64,000 nucleotides of DNA from Candidatus Uhrbacteria bacterium (GCA_016188475.1 JACPHT010000006.1:2330-66329); one strand, 5' to 3'; positions 26,760 to 37,821 are shown, counted from the stretch's first letter. Notes: a model not told the origin generated them from the sequence alone. A program made the numbers and translations.

Positions 26760-29700
26760 TAAAAACGCGGTTGAAACAGATGGTTTGGAATATGCGATTT
26801 TTGAAACAAGTCAGAATCAATATGTTCAGACAAACGGAACGCTTGGCGCGAGTGCGATTTGGCGAACAACAGCGCAGTGGGGAACAGTGACGGTAAACGG
26901 CCTTGCGAATGATTCATATACTTATCAATTTAAAGTCAAATCTCGAAACACAAGCGATGGCTCTAACGCGGCATCAAGCGAAAGCGCGCTTTCAGGAGGC
27001 GCATCGTCTGCGAATCAATCTCCAGTGATCGTGCTTGGATCAATTGCTCAAACAACAGACGGTTCGAGATACGTCACTATAAACTATACTGGATCAGACT
27101 TGGAAAGCGAAAATACGACGATTATAACAGCCGAATACTCTACGAACGGTACGACATGGAACAACATGACGGAAAAGTCTGGAGTTGGAAGCGATGGAAA
27201 AACAGGCCTTGTTTTCGTATATACAGGAACAGCGCACGATTTCATGTGGGATGTAGGAACTGATCTTGCTAACGTTGAAGACTCGACTGTTTTTATTCGC
27301 TTGCAAGCAAATGATGGAACGTCTGACGGAGGAGTTGCAACATCAAGTGCGTTTACAATTGACGCAAAAAATCCAGTGATCTCATCAGTATCAGCTGAAC
27401 AACAAAATGGTTCAAACAATGTTGTGTTCAGTTATACACTTACTGATCTTTCAAATAGTCTTGTTGAAATTGATATTTCAGACGATGGGGGAGCTACATG
27501 GAATGTCACTGATACTTCAGTCACTGGCGATATCGGCGCAGGGGTTTCACCAGGAACAGGAAAAACAATAACATGGAATCCCGGAGTTGATTTTAGCGGA
27601 CAAGAACAGTCAGATTTGCGTGTGCGAGTTCGCGCAACAGATATTTTTGGAAATGCTGGCGCAAACGCGTCGTCAGCGAATTTTTCAGTTGATACAGAAT
27701 CGCCGCGTATCACAAATGTTACAGCTTCTCAAGATTCCGGATTGAATACTGTAACAATTGGATATGATATCGAGGACGCAAATGTTTCAAATGTTGTTAT
27801 AGAAATTTCCGAAGACAACGGATTAACATGGGGAGTCGCAACAACAACTCTTTCTGGAGATGTCGGAGCCGGTATTACATCTGGAATTGGCAAAATAGTT
27901 TCGTGGAATGCGGCCGTTGATTTCCCGAATCGTGAACAATCAGGAATGATGATTCGCGTGCGCGCGACTGATTCTCACAATAATTTAAGCGGCAATGTTT
28001 TTTCACCTTCATTTTCTGTTGACACTCTTGCGCCAGTTATTTCTAGTGTTTCCGCTTCGCAAACCTTGGGTTCTGACAATGTCGTCTTTACTTACAATTT
28101 ATCTGATAGCGGTTTTGTAAATATAGAGCTTGATATTTCACAAGACAGCGGCGCTACTTGGACAGTGACGGATACGTCTGTAATAGGTGCTATAGGATCA
28201 GGACAAACAACGGGAAATGGAAAAACAATCACATGGAATGCCGGAGTTGATTACCCAGATGAAGATCGTTCAACAATGCGAGTTCGAATTCGCGGAACCG
28301 ATGGATTCAGCAATATGAGCGTGAATGTTGAATCATCTGATTTTATAATTGACACATTTGATCCAACACCAAACGTCACTTCCAATCTCCAATCTCAACC
28401 AAACGCCGGAGACACAACTGTTTTGATTGGAGGGTCGTTCACTGAAACAAATCCAAACACTAATGATTTTTATGTTGCGATAAACGGAGGAGCTTATGGT
28501 TCGGCAACTTCAGGAACTACAAACACATCTTCACCTTCAAACCAAGCAACTTCTGTCGGCTCAACTCTTGACGGAAACGATTATATTTCAAAAGTTAAAA
28601 TCACTCACACTGATGATTACGGACACAGTGTTACAAATCAAAACACATCACCAAATACATCTTTGAAGTATGTGAAGCCTTACACTCCGCAAGCGCCAAC
28701 AGTTAATAATCCTCAAAATACATCAGTTGATGTTACGATCATTCCACATGCGTCTGAAACATCTGGTTTGGAATACGCAATTTTTGAAACAACAACTGGA
28801 AAATATGTGAAAGCCAACGGCACGCTTGACACAAGCCCTGTTTGGAGAACCACAACCGCATGGGGGACAATCACAGTGACAGGCCTATCTTCACCTGTTG
28901 CTCAATATAGTTTCAAAGTGAAATCAAGAAACACATCAGACACGCTTAACGCGGTTTCTAGCGAAAGTAATTTTTCTTCTTCAAACGCAATCGCAAATAC
29001 TTCTCCATCTATCTCGATTACAAGTGTTGCTCAACAAACGTCAACAAGTTACGCGCTGATTGAATACATTGGGACAGATACTCAAAACGACACAAATAAT
29101 TTAACGACTTTTGAATATTCAACCGACGGTTCATCATGGAATGTAATGACTGAAAAATCCGGAGTTGGAAGTGATGGAACTTCAGGGTTAATTTTCACTT
29201 CAAGCGGCGCGGCATTCACATTTGGATGGGATATTGCGGCAGACTTACCAAACACAGGCGACCAAACGGTTTACGTTCGTTTGCAATCAACCGATACGCT
29301 TGCAAACAGCAACATGGCTACTTCTTCGGCGTTTGCGGTAGACACGCTTGGTCCTGTTATTTCAAATATTCAAATAAGTCAGGCACCAGGTACAAACATA
29401 ATGACATTTACTTACGATCTTTCAGACAGCACAGCCGCGAATAATACGGTGACATTGCAAATTTCGTCTGACGCTGGTTTGACATGGACAGTTCCAACAA
29501 CTTCCGCAACAGGAGATGTAGGCTCTGGTGTTTCGTCCGGACTTGCTCGTTCAATAACATGGAACGCCGGAGTTGATTTTGACAATCAAGAAAATTCAAC
29601 AATGCAAATTAGATTGCAAGGAACGGATGTGTATGACAACAGTGGCGCAATTTCAACGTCTTCGAACTTTACTGTCGATACAAAATCTCCTGTTGTTTCA

Positions 29701-32700
29701 GGAGTATCAGCAGTTCAAGTCGATGATTCAAAAAATGTTCAAGTCAATTACACTTTGAGCGATCTATCTTCTGGTGGTTTGTTGGTTGAGTTCAGTATTT
29801 CATCAGATAACGGAACAACATGGACAGTTCCTGCTGTCACATACAGCGGAGATGTTGGATCAGGACAAACAACAGGCGCAAAACAATTTGTTTGGAATGC
29901 GGGAGCTGACTTTGATGATGAATATCAGGACGACATGAAAGTCCGCGTTCGCGCTCGAGATTATTTTGCAAATCAAGGCGTGTACACATCGTCATCGGTA
30001 TTTGAAGTTGATACAAGAGCCTCTGTTGTTTCTGATGTTTCTGCTGTTCAGAATACAGGAGCGCGCACAGTGAACATCGCTTACGATCTAACTGACGACA
30101 CTTCAAGCAATTTGAATGTTGAGTTTGAAGTTTCAGAAGATAATGGAATCAGCTGGACAATAGCGCACAGTTCATCAACAGGAAACGTTGGTTCAGGACA
30201 AACAACCGGAGCTGGAAAGATAATTGTTTGGGATGCCGGAACTGATTTTGACGGACAATTTCAAACTGACATGAAAGTTCGCGTTCGCGCAACTGATCGT
30301 TTTACAAATCAAGGGAGTTTTGTAGATTCGTCTGCGTTTACGCTCGATACTGCCAACCCAGTTGTATCAAATGTTTCAGGTTCTCAAATTTTAGGTTCAG
30401 AAACAGTATCGATTTCTTATAATCTTACAGATGGCACCTCAACCAATCTTTCAACAGTTCTTGAAATTTCTTCAGACAATGGAACGACTTGGACAGTTCC
30501 AACAACTTCTGCCTCTGGAAATATTGGATCAGGCCAGACAACGGGCGCTGGAAAAACAATAACATGGAATGCAGGAGTTGATTTTGATTCAAACGCAAAC
30601 TCAAACATGGAAGCTAGAATTCGCGCTAACGATTCATTTTCAAATCAGGGAAATTTTACAAGTTCATCAAACTTTTCTGTTGACACAAAAGATCCGGCAA
30701 CACTTGCATCATCAGATTTGCAAGCGCAACCTCATGCTGGGGATACTTCAGTTTTGATAGGCGGATCATTTATCGAGACAAGTCCTAACACGAATAATTT
30801 TTTCGTAGCGGTGAATGGAAACGGATATGGTTCGGCTTCAGCTGGAGATTCTGACACGACCTCGCCTTCAAATCATTTGACGCCTGTTGGAATCACGCTG
30901 AAAGGCAACAATCGCATTGGAAAAGTTAAGATCGTTCACGCTGATGATTATGGACATTCATTTACAAATGAGAATTTGTCTCCAGCGACTGCTTTCAAAT
31001 TTGTAAAGCCTTATACGCCGATGGCTCCGACTGTTTCAAATCCAACAACGAATTCTGTTGATGTTGTTGTAAACAAAAATGCGAATGAAGTTTCTGGTTT
31101 GGAATATGCGATTTATGAAACTACTCAAAATAAATATGTTCAAGCCAATGGAACGCTTGGCGCGAGCGCGGTTTGGCAAACCGGAGCTGTTTGGGGAACT
31201 GTTACAGTTACTGGTTTAAACTCTCCTGTTTCAAGTTACATGTTTAAGACAAAGTCGAGAAACAGTGCGGACGTCGCGCACGCCGCTACCAGCGAAAGTG
31301 ATTTGTCATCATCGGCATCTGTTTCTCAAACAGCACCATCAATCACGATTGATTCTGTTTCTCAATCTTCAGGTAACGGTTACGTCATAATAAATTATAC
31401 CGGGGTCGATGAGCAAAATGATGTTAGCAATATTTCAGTAAAAGAATACTCACTCAACGGAATTGATTGGTTTGACATGACAGAAAAATCAGGAGTCGGA
31501 AGTGACGGAATCGCGGGTCTTGAGTTTACAACAACAGGCGCGTCATTTATTTTTGCTTGGGATGCGCAAACCGATGTTTCAGATTTTGAGGATTTTATTT
31601 ATGTCAGATTAAGAGCCAATGATGGAGTTCAAGACGGTAATATAGAAACAAGTTCCGCGTTTGCTTTGGATTTGAAATCGCCAGTTGTTTCAAATGTTTC
31701 TGCTACACAGTTAGCAGGGACAACTTCAATAGAAATCTCATACGATGTTTCCGATTTTACTTCAAATATATCTGTTGCTTTTGAAATTTCTTCAGACAAT
31801 GGCTCAACATGGACAGTGCCTACAACTTCAGCCACAGGAGATTTTGGTTCAGGGCAGACAACGGGAAATGGAAAAATGATCACGTGGAACGCTGATCTTG
31901 ATTTTGACGGACAATATCAAACTGACATGAAAGTTCGCGTTCGAGCAACTGATAGTTTCAGCAATCAAGGAGATTTCAGTGAATCACCAGCTTTCGCTGT
32001 TGAGACAGCAAACCCTGTTGTGTCGAATCTATCAGCCGTACAAATGGCAGGAACAAGCGATGTTGCGGTATTTTACGACCTGTCAGACGACACATCAACA
32101 GATTTGACAGTTGTCTTTGATATTTCTGATGACAACGGCTCAACATGGACTGTTGTTGACACTTCCGTGACTGGAGACATCGGTTCTGGTCAAACAACAG
32201 GAATAAACAAGTCGTTCATTTGGGATGCTGGAACTGATTTTGCAGAACAATATCAAACTGACATGAAAGTTCGCGCTCGAGCAACTGATAGTTTCAGCAA
32301 TCAAGGAGATTTTACCGAATCATCATCATTCAGTGTTGACACAGATGTTCCTGTTGTTTCAAACGTAACTTCTTCTCAAGCAAGCGATTCAGCAAGCGTT
32401 ACGATAACTTACGATCTTTCAGACAACACATCAACAGATTTGACAGTTGTCTTTGATATCTCTGATGACAACGGCTCAACATGGACTGTTGTTGACACTT
32501 CCGTGACTGGAGACATCGGTTCTGGTCAAACAACAGGAATTAACAAGCTGTTCATTTGGGATGCTGGAACTGATTTTGGAAATGAATATCAAACTGACAT
32601 GAAAGTTCGAGTTAGAGCGACTGATAGTTTCAGCAATCAAGGAGATAACAGCGAATCCAATGTGTTTGTTCTTGATACATCCGCACCAGTGATCTCGAAC

Positions 32701-34509
32701 GTTTCAGCATCTCAAAACTTAGGATTTGGAACGGTTACAATTTCGTACGACATTTCAGACGACGTGTTGACTGATTTAATAGTTGATTTGAATGTCTCAA
32801 ATGATGGTGGACTTACTTGGACAGTTTCCCATCCGTCAGTTTCTGGAGATATTGGTTTAGGACAAACCGCAGGAGTTGGTAAAACAATTATTTGGAATGC
32901 CGGAGCTGATTTCGACGATCAAGATTTGTCCACAATGAGGATTCGACTTATTGGCACTGATAGTTTTGGGAACATAAGTTCTCCTTTTGTTTCGACGGAT
33001 TTTGCCGTAGACACGATGGATCCGATTGGACTTGCAACATTTGGAAAGTTTTTGAGCACGAGTACGTCAGTCACAATGAATTGGGGATCGGTTGTTGACA
33101 CAAACTTCGACCATTACGAATTATGGTACGGAAATAATCAAACAGACGTTCAAAATAGGTCTGGTTCTGCTTTAATTTGGTCTGTTGATGATGATTCAGA
33201 TTTGGATAATTCTTTAACGGCTTCTACAACAATCACTGGCATCACACTTGAAGCGGATTTATTTGTGAAGATTTGGGCTGTTGACTCATTCGGACACGAA
33301 ATTACAGCGCAAGATGTAAATGTGTTTACTCCTGTTGCGGCCGCTGGAGCTGTTGGTGGAGGGCAACTTTTAGACTTGATTCCTCCGAATAAACCTGTTT
33401 TGAATCCAGTTGCGACTCCAACAAACAATACAACCGCGATAATAGCCGGATTATCAGAACCAAACTCTTATATTGATCTGTACGACAATGGAGTTTTTGT
33501 TAAGCGTTTATCTTCTCAAGCAAATGCTAGCGGATTTTTCTCCGATGATTTAATTTTTGGAGAGGGAAGCCATCTGCTAACCGCAACAGCAACAGATTTA
33601 TCAGGAAATGTTAGTGAACAATCTGACTCCATCAATCTTGTTGTTGACTTGACCGCTCCAAACAAACCGACCGCATTTAATAAGAACGATTCTGAAATCT
33701 TTGAGATCTCGCCTCTTATTTTTGGAACTTCTGAACCTTTTGCGCTTATAAAAATTGTAATTGACGACACAAACGCAGTTACAACGTCAGCAGATCAAAA
33801 CGGTTATTGGCGATATTTACTTCCAACAGACTTAGCTTTGAATTTAGGAATTCATACGTTTGAATTAACTGCTTCTGATTTGGCTGGAAATGTCAGTGAG
33901 CCTGCCTTATTAACACTACACGTCGTTATACAACCAATTTTACCGCCATCTATATTCACTCCAAGTATTCCTACAATACCAACCATTTCAACGCCTGGAA
34001 TCGGATTATTGCCTGGGGCCGGACTATTAACCGTTCTGCCAACAATAGCTCCACCTGTACCAGTTTCTGAAATAATCAAAGAACAAGTCGAAGCGATTGA
34101 ATTACCGGGTTTGCCAACGCCTGATATTAAATTAGCAAGCACAGTTTATGACGGAAGAAATTTTGTGTTCAGCGGAACTGCGATACCAAACAGTGACGTG
34201 GTTGTCTATATTCACAGCGACCAGGCTCTGATATACACAAGCCACGCAAACGGTAAAGGCGATTGGAATGTGATTCATTCACAGGACGCGACTGAACTTT
34301 CAAAAGGCGATCATACTATCTATGCGATCTCGATTGATCCTATCGCAAAAATAAAAAGCGCCGTGGCGCCGATTAAAATTTTCACAGTTAATAAAAGCTT
34401 ATTGGTTTCAATGTTTAATTATCTGAATTTGCGAACAACAATCGCAAGTGTACTTGTACTTCTCGTGTGTATTTGGTGGTTATACAGATTAAGAAAACGA
34501 AATGCCTAA
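26740..34509 (+). CDS. giant cell-surface protein, fragment 3 (about 2590 aa; at least 20 tandem Ig-like/FN3-like domains; C-terminal TM anchor)
   Basis: Long periodic repeat architecture. C-terminal IASVLVLLVCIWWLYRLRKRNA. The first 47 codons of the track ORF (26599-26739) are an out-of-frame overlap with fragment 2. Confidence 0.65.
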   Translation: MKNVTVNKNAVETDGLEYAIFETSQNQYVQTNGTLGASAIWRTTAQWGTVTVNGLANDSYTYQFKVKSRNTSDGSNAASSESALSGGASSANQSPVIVLGSIAQTTDGSRYVTINYTGSDLESENTTIITAEYSTNGTTWNNMTEKSGVGSDGKTGLVFVYTGTAHDFMWDVGTDLANVEDSTVFIRLQANDGTSDGGVATSSAFTIDAKNPVISSVSAEQQNGSNNVVFSYTLTDLSNSLVEIDISDDGGATWNVTDTSVTGDIGAGVSPGTGKTITWNPGVDFSGQEQSDLRVRVRATDIFGNAGANASSANFSVDTESPRITNVTASQDSGLNTVTIGYDIEDANVSNVVIEISEDNGLTWGVATTTLSGDVGAGITSGIGKIVSWNAAVDFPNREQSGMMIRVRATDSHNNLSGNVFSPSFSVDTLAPVISSVSASQTLGSDNVVFTYNLSDSGFVNIELDISQDSGATWTVTDTSVIGAIGSGQTTGNGKTITWNAGVDYPDEDRSTMRVRIRGTDGFSNMSVNVESSDFIIDTFDPTPNVTSNLQSQPNAGDTTVLIGGSFTETNPNTNDFYVAINGGAYGSATSGTTNTSSPSNQATSVGSTLDGNDYISKVKITHTDDYGHSVTNQNTSPNTSLKYVKPYTPQAPTVNNPQNTSVDVTIIPHASETSGLEYAIFETTTGKYVKANGTLDTSPVWRTTTAWGTITVTGLSSPVAQYSFKVKSRNTSDTLNAVSSESNFSSSNAIANTSPSISITSVAQQTSTSYALIEYIGTDTQNDTNNLTTFEYSTDGSSWNVMTEKSGVGSDGTSGLIFTSSGAAFTFGWDIAADLPNTGDQTVYVRLQSTDTLANSNMATSSAFAVDTLGPVISNIQISQAPGTNIMTFTYDLSDSTAANNTVTLQISSDAGLTWTVPTTSATGDVGSGVSSGLARSITWNAGVDFDNQENSTMQIRLQGTDVYDNSGAISTSSNFTVDTKSPVVSGVSAVQVDDSKNVQVNYTLSDLSSGGLLVEFSISSDNGTTWTVPAVTYSGDVGSGQTTGAKQFVWNAGADFDDEYQDDMKVRVRARDYFANQGVYTSSSVFEVDTRASVVSDVSAVQNTGARTVNIAYDLTDDTSSNLNVEFEVSEDNGISWTIAHSSSTGNVGSGQTTGAGKIIVWDAGTDFDGQFQTDMKVRVRATDRFTNQGSFVDSSAFTLDTANPVVSNVSGSQILGSETVSISYNLTDGTSTNLSTVLEISSDNGTTWTVPTTSASGNIGSGQTTGAGKTITWNAGVDFDSNANSNMEARIRANDSFSNQGNFTSSSNFSVDTKDPATLASSDLQAQPHAGDTSVLIGGSFIETSPNTNNFFVAVNGNGYGSASAGDSDTTSPSNHLTPVGITLKGNNRIGKVKIVHADDYGHSFTNENLSPATAFKFVKPYTPMAPTVSNPTTNSVDVVVNKNANEVSGLEYAIYETTQNKYVQANGTLGASAVWQTGAVWGTVTVTGLNSPVSSYMFKTKSRNSADVAHAATSESDLSSSASVSQTAPSITIDSVSQSSGNGYVIINYTGVDEQNDVSNISVKEYSLNGIDWFDMTEKSGVGSDGIAGLEFTTTGASFIFAWDAQTDVSDFEDFIYVRLRANDGVQDGNIETSSAFALDLKSPVVSNVSATQLAGTTSIEISYDVSDFTSNISVAFEISSDNGSTWTVPTTSATGDFGSGQTTGNGKMITWNADLDFDGQYQTDMKVRVRATDSFSNQGDFSESPAFAVETANPVVSNLSAVQMAGTSDVAVFYDLSDDTSTDLTVVFDISDDNGSTWTVVDTSVTGDIGSGQTTGINKSFIWDAGTDFAEQYQTDMKVRARATDSFSNQGDFTESSSFSVDTDVPVVSNVTSSQASDSASVTITYDLSDNTSTDLTVVFDISDDNGSTWTVVDTSVTGDIGSGQTTGINKLFIWDAGTDFGNEYQTDMKVRVRATDSFSNQGDNSESNVFVLDTSAPVISNVSASQNLGFGTVTISYDISDDVLTDLIVDLNVSNDGGLTWTVSHPSVSGDIGLGQTAGVGKTIIWNAGADFDDQDLSTMRIRLIGTDSFGNISSPFVSTDFAVDTMDPIGLATFGKFLSTSTSVTMNWGSVVDTNFDHYELWYGNNQTDVQNRSGSALIWSVDDDSDLDNSLTASTTITGITLEADLFVKIWAVDSFGHEITAQDVNVFTPVAAAGAVGGGQLLDLIPPNKPVLNPVATPTNNTTAIIAGLSEPNSYIDLYDNGVFVKRLSSQANASGFFSDDLIFGEGSHLLTATATDLSGNVSEQSDSINLVVDLTAPNKPTAFNKNDSEIFEISPLIFGTSEPFALIKIVIDDTNAVTTSADQNGYWRYLLPTDLALNLGIHTFELTASDLAGNVSEPALLTLHVVIQPILPPSIFTPSIPTIPTISTPGIGLLPGAGLLTVLPTIAPPVPVSEIIKEQVEAIELPGLPTPDIKLASTVYDGRNFVFSGTAIPNSDVVVYIHSDQALIYTSHANGKGDWNVIHSQDATELSKGDHTIYAISIDPIAKIKSAVAPIKIFTVNKSLLVSMFNYLNLRTTIASVLVLLVCIWWLYRLRKRNA

Positions 34510-34513
34510 CTAT

Positions 34514-36706
34514 CTAAACCAGTGTTTTTGTACCCGATTTCTTTTTCATTCCTTTTAACGGTATTGTAACAAAGAATGTTGTTCCTTTTCCTTCTTCTGA
34601 TTCAAAACGGATTGTACCGCCAGTTTGATCAAGAATTCCTTTCACAAGGTACAGGCCGAGTCCGGAGCCATCCGTGTCAATCTTTCTGGCATTGTCAGCT
34701 CTGAACATTTTTGTAAAGATTTTGGAATGTTGTGTTTTTGGTATTCCGATTCCATTGTCAGAAATTATTATCAGAGCGTTTTTACCATTCTTTTTTACAT
34801 CAAAACTTATTGCTCCATTTTTTGGAGTATATTTTGTGGCATTTGAAAGAATGTTTTGAAAAATCATTATTGTAAGTTTTGGATCAACTTTAATCATCGG
34901 AAGATTTGGATCGAAAGATGTTTTTAAGGTTTGTTTTTTATTTATAATACTTTGCTTCAACTCATCAATCGCTGTGTCAGCGATTTTGCGTAGGTCACTT
35001 ATTATTGGCTCGCTTATAAACACACCAAGTTCAATTCTCGAGACGTTAAGCAGAGAATTTATCAACTCACTCATGCGTTTTGAACTTGAGTATACGTCCT
35101 TAAGATATAACAGTTGTTTTGTTGTCATTTTTCCTGCGTTTCCAGACATTAACATTTCAATAAACCAATTTATTGAAGTAAGAGGTGTTCTAAGTTGATG
35201 GCTCGCGAGCGACACGAATTCAGTTTTTGCTTTGTCAATTTGTTTTTCTAAAGTTACATCGCGCTCAACACCGACAAAAAAAATTATTTTTCCTTTGTCA
35301 TCAAAAATTGGCGTGATAATGATTTGCGCTGTATAAATTTCTCCATTTTTTCGTTTATTTTGGATTTCACCGTTAAAGACTTTCTTTTTGGTTTTAATTG
35401 TATTCCAGAGTTTTTTGTAAAAATCTTTTGGCATCAATCCCCCCCAAAGGGAACCTGATTTTTTTTCAATCGCTTCTGAAGGCTTATATCCGGTTATTTT
35501 TTCAAGTGAACGATTCGCATACAAAACAACTCCTTCAGGATCAGTGATAATGATTTGATCTGAAACGTTGTCAACAGCTAATTTGAATTTTTCAAGCTCA
35601 CGTGTTTTCACTTCGACCATCGATTCCAACTTATTTGAATATTCGAGAAGTTCTTTATTATTTTTTTCAAGAGATCTTGCCATTTGATTAAATGAATTTG
35701 CAAGTTCTTCAATCTCATCACTGGTTTTAACTTTAACTCTGTACTTATAATTACCACGTTGAATTTGTTTTGCTCCTAAAGTTAGAGAATAGATCGGATT
35801 TGTTATGAGTCTTCCCAGAAGCCAAGAAACAAAAACTATAAATAATAAAAAAATCAAACAAAAAATAAATATAACGATCCCGACCGTGTTCGCTGGCATT
35901 AACAATTCTTTTGTATCAATTTTTGTCACGATCCCCCATTTTCTTTCAGGAATATAACTCCAAACAGCAAACACTTTTACGCCTCGATAATCAATTCTTT
36001 GTCCTTGTCCGATTTTTTGTTGAACAGCATCTTGTATTGGCAAACCAACAGGATCGTTAATTTTGACTGTTTTGTTAAATGCCGCGTTTTTATCAAAAAG
36101 TAAAGGATTTATAAACGTGAGATATGTTTTATCAGGACTCAATACCGCAAGGAGCGTTTCTTCACTTCCGCCTATTCTTCCAGAACTTTGCACAACTTTA
36201 AATAAGTTTTCCGCGCTTATTTCCAACATGACTGTTCCTATAAAAGGTTCCCCGAGGTTGTTTATTGGTGCGCCTATAAGGAAATCTATTGAACCGTCTG
36301 TTTGATTTTTATAAAGATCACTTATAAAAATTTTATCTTGCGCGTTTTGTAAAGTTTGCTTTCCAAGATCAGGGAATTTTGCATTCGAAGAAAAAATAAA
36401 ATTTCCATCGCTATCTAGAATAAAAAGTTTTTTTACATCAGCATTCTTTTTAAGAAAACTCTCTGCTTTAGTATTTATTTGATCATTGAGTCTAATTTCA
36501 TCTATCAACGAAGTTGTTTTAAGTTTCCATTCATCAAAAAAGTTTTTGATTATCAGTATTTTTAGGTTTGCGGATTGTTCAAATGACCGTTCTTGTATAT
36601 TTATAAGTGTTTTGCGAAAACTCCAATTTGAAAACAAAAAAACAAATACTATCTGAATGATGGAAATCAATAAAATACTAAAAAGAATCTTTTTAAACAT
36701 ACTCAT
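34514..36706 (-). CDS. sensor histidine kinase (extracellular sensor, TM, HAMP, PAS, HisKA, HATPase_c)
   Basis: H-box ASHQLRTPLT; N box NATKYT; G boxes DNGIGI and GSGLGL. PAS region with a coiled-coil linker. Confidence 0.85.
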   Translation of the reverse strand: MSMFKKILFSILLISIIQIVFVFLFSNWSFRKTLINIQERSFEQSANLKILIIKNFFDEWKLKTTSLIDEIRLNDQINTKAESFLKKNADVKKLFILDSDGNFIFSSNAKFPDLGKQTLQNAQDKIFISDLYKNQTDGSIDFLIGAPINNLGEPFIGTVMLEISAENLFKVVQSSGRIGGSEETLLAVLSPDKTYLTFINPLLFDKNAAFNKTVKINDPVGLPIQDAVQQKIGQGQRIDYRGVKVFAVWSYIPERKWGIVTKIDTKELLMPANTVGIVIFIFCLIFLLFIVFVSWLLGRLITNPIYSLTLGAKQIQRGNYKYRVKVKTSDEIEELANSFNQMARSLEKNNKELLEYSNKLESMVEVKTRELEKFKLAVDNVSDQIIITDPEGVVLYANRSLEKITGYKPSEAIEKKSGSLWGGLMPKDFYKKLWNTIKTKKKVFNGEIQNKRKNGEIYTAQIIITPIFDDKGKIIFFVGVERDVTLEKQIDKAKTEFVSLASHQLRTPLTSINWFIEMLMSGNAGKMTTKQLLYLKDVYSSSKRMSELINSLLNVSRIELGVFISEPIISDLRKIADTAIDELKQSIINKKQTLKTSFDPNLPMIKVDPKLTIMIFQNILSNATKYTPKNGAISFDVKKNGKNALIIISDNGIGIPKTQHSKIFTKMFRADNARKIDTDGSGLGLYLVKGILDQTGGTIRFESEEGKGTTFFVTIPLKGMKKKSGTKTLV

Positions 36707-36757
36707 AAGATAATTATAACAAAAAAAACTTTAGAAAACAAAAAAGACCCTTGCGGG

Positions 36758-37756
36758 TCAGTTGGAGTTTTGTTTTTCAACGACCATCAGTGCGATTGTT
36801 TCTCCAATCGTGAAAGTTAGTGTTCGTTTTTCGCTGTTTTGTTTTTCGGGTCCTTGTTTTGTGGATTCTGGCCAAACATAGACATCACCATCAAGCACTA
36901 GCCTTGTATCAGACATTCTGATTATTGCCGTGCGGATTGGTTGGTTGTAACTCTTGCGCTTGATCCAGAATGGGACAAGTCCGAACCATACAAAAGGTGA
37001 GGCAAGCGCAAGGCTTCGCCAACCTCCCCAGTATGCCGCGCTGTAGTATTCGCCCATGTTTGGAATCCCCCCAAATGGCTGACACGATGCTAGCAGTTTA
37101 GGAATCGTGCTGAACGCGAACCCGACGAATGACTTTTTTGTGCAGATGGCTGTGCCAAGAATCATTTCTCCATCGACTATTTTGAGTCGTCCGTGAAGTT
37201 TGCGAATCGTGTCTGATGCAACAGAAAGTGCCGCCATTATGATGATCTGCAGAACTCTGAAAAATCCACCTTTGCCGACATTCTCATACCACTGCAGAAT
37301 ATCGCTGATAACTCCGCCAGCTACAACTGCGGCATATCGTTTTGTATTCGTGACAGAATCATGCACGCAAACTGGTTGCCAGTTTTTCCAATCGAGTTTG
37401 ATCTTGTTTGAGAAAATCCCTGCAAGATTTTTGATCGGATCTTTGCTTGGCAAACCATGGAATTTAGTCATGTAGCAGAATTGTCCGCCTCCAACAGAGA
37501 TAAGCGCTGGTCTAAGTTCTGGCTGGAGCGCCGCAATCCAGTTGAGCACGTTGTTGAATGTTCCATCGCCACCGACAACGTAAACGAAGTCGACAGTGTG
37601 TTTTTGGGAAAGAGCGTCGAGCGCGCCGATGACTTTATCAGCGCCTGAAATGTCTATGATGTGCGCGTATTTTGAAAATCTGTCGCGCACGAGCTGGCGA
37701 ATGCGACGATTCTGGCGAAGCCGTTTGGCTTCAGGGTTTACTACGATTACACGCAC
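36758..37756 (-). CDS. diacylglycerol-kinase-catalytic-domain lipid kinase (YegS/DagK-like)
   Basis: VVGGDGTF motif. Confidence 0.6.
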   Translation of the reverse strand: MRVIVVNPEAKRLRQNRRIRQLVRDRFSKYAHIIDISGADKVIGALDALSQKHTVDFVYVVGGDGTFNNVLNWIAALQPELRPALISVGGGQFCYMTKFHGLPSKDPIKNLAGIFSNKIKLDWKNWQPVCVHDSVTNTKRYAAVVAGGVISDILQWYENVGKGGFFRVLQIIIMAALSVASDTIRKLHGRLKIVDGEMILGTAICTKKSFVGFAFSTIPKLLASCQPFGGIPNMGEYYSAAYWGGWRSLALASPFVWFGLVPFWIKRKSYNQPIRTAIIRMSDTRLVLDGDVYVWPESTKQGPEKQNSEKRTLTFTIGETIALMVVEKQNSN

Positions 37757-37821
37757 GTCTTTGCCTCCTTCATGCTATAATTCCAACAAGGCTTTTGAAC
37801 ATTATCGTATTCTAAGCAAAT

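Noticed and set aside
23131-33770. Numerous 60-140-aa ORFs on the - strand inside the giant gene (for example 23131..23334, 25193..25624, 27084..27419, 31629..31883, 33852..34142)
   Set aside because: They are antisense to a strongly supported repetitive coding region and have low-complexity S/T/V/P composition typical of shadow ORFs.
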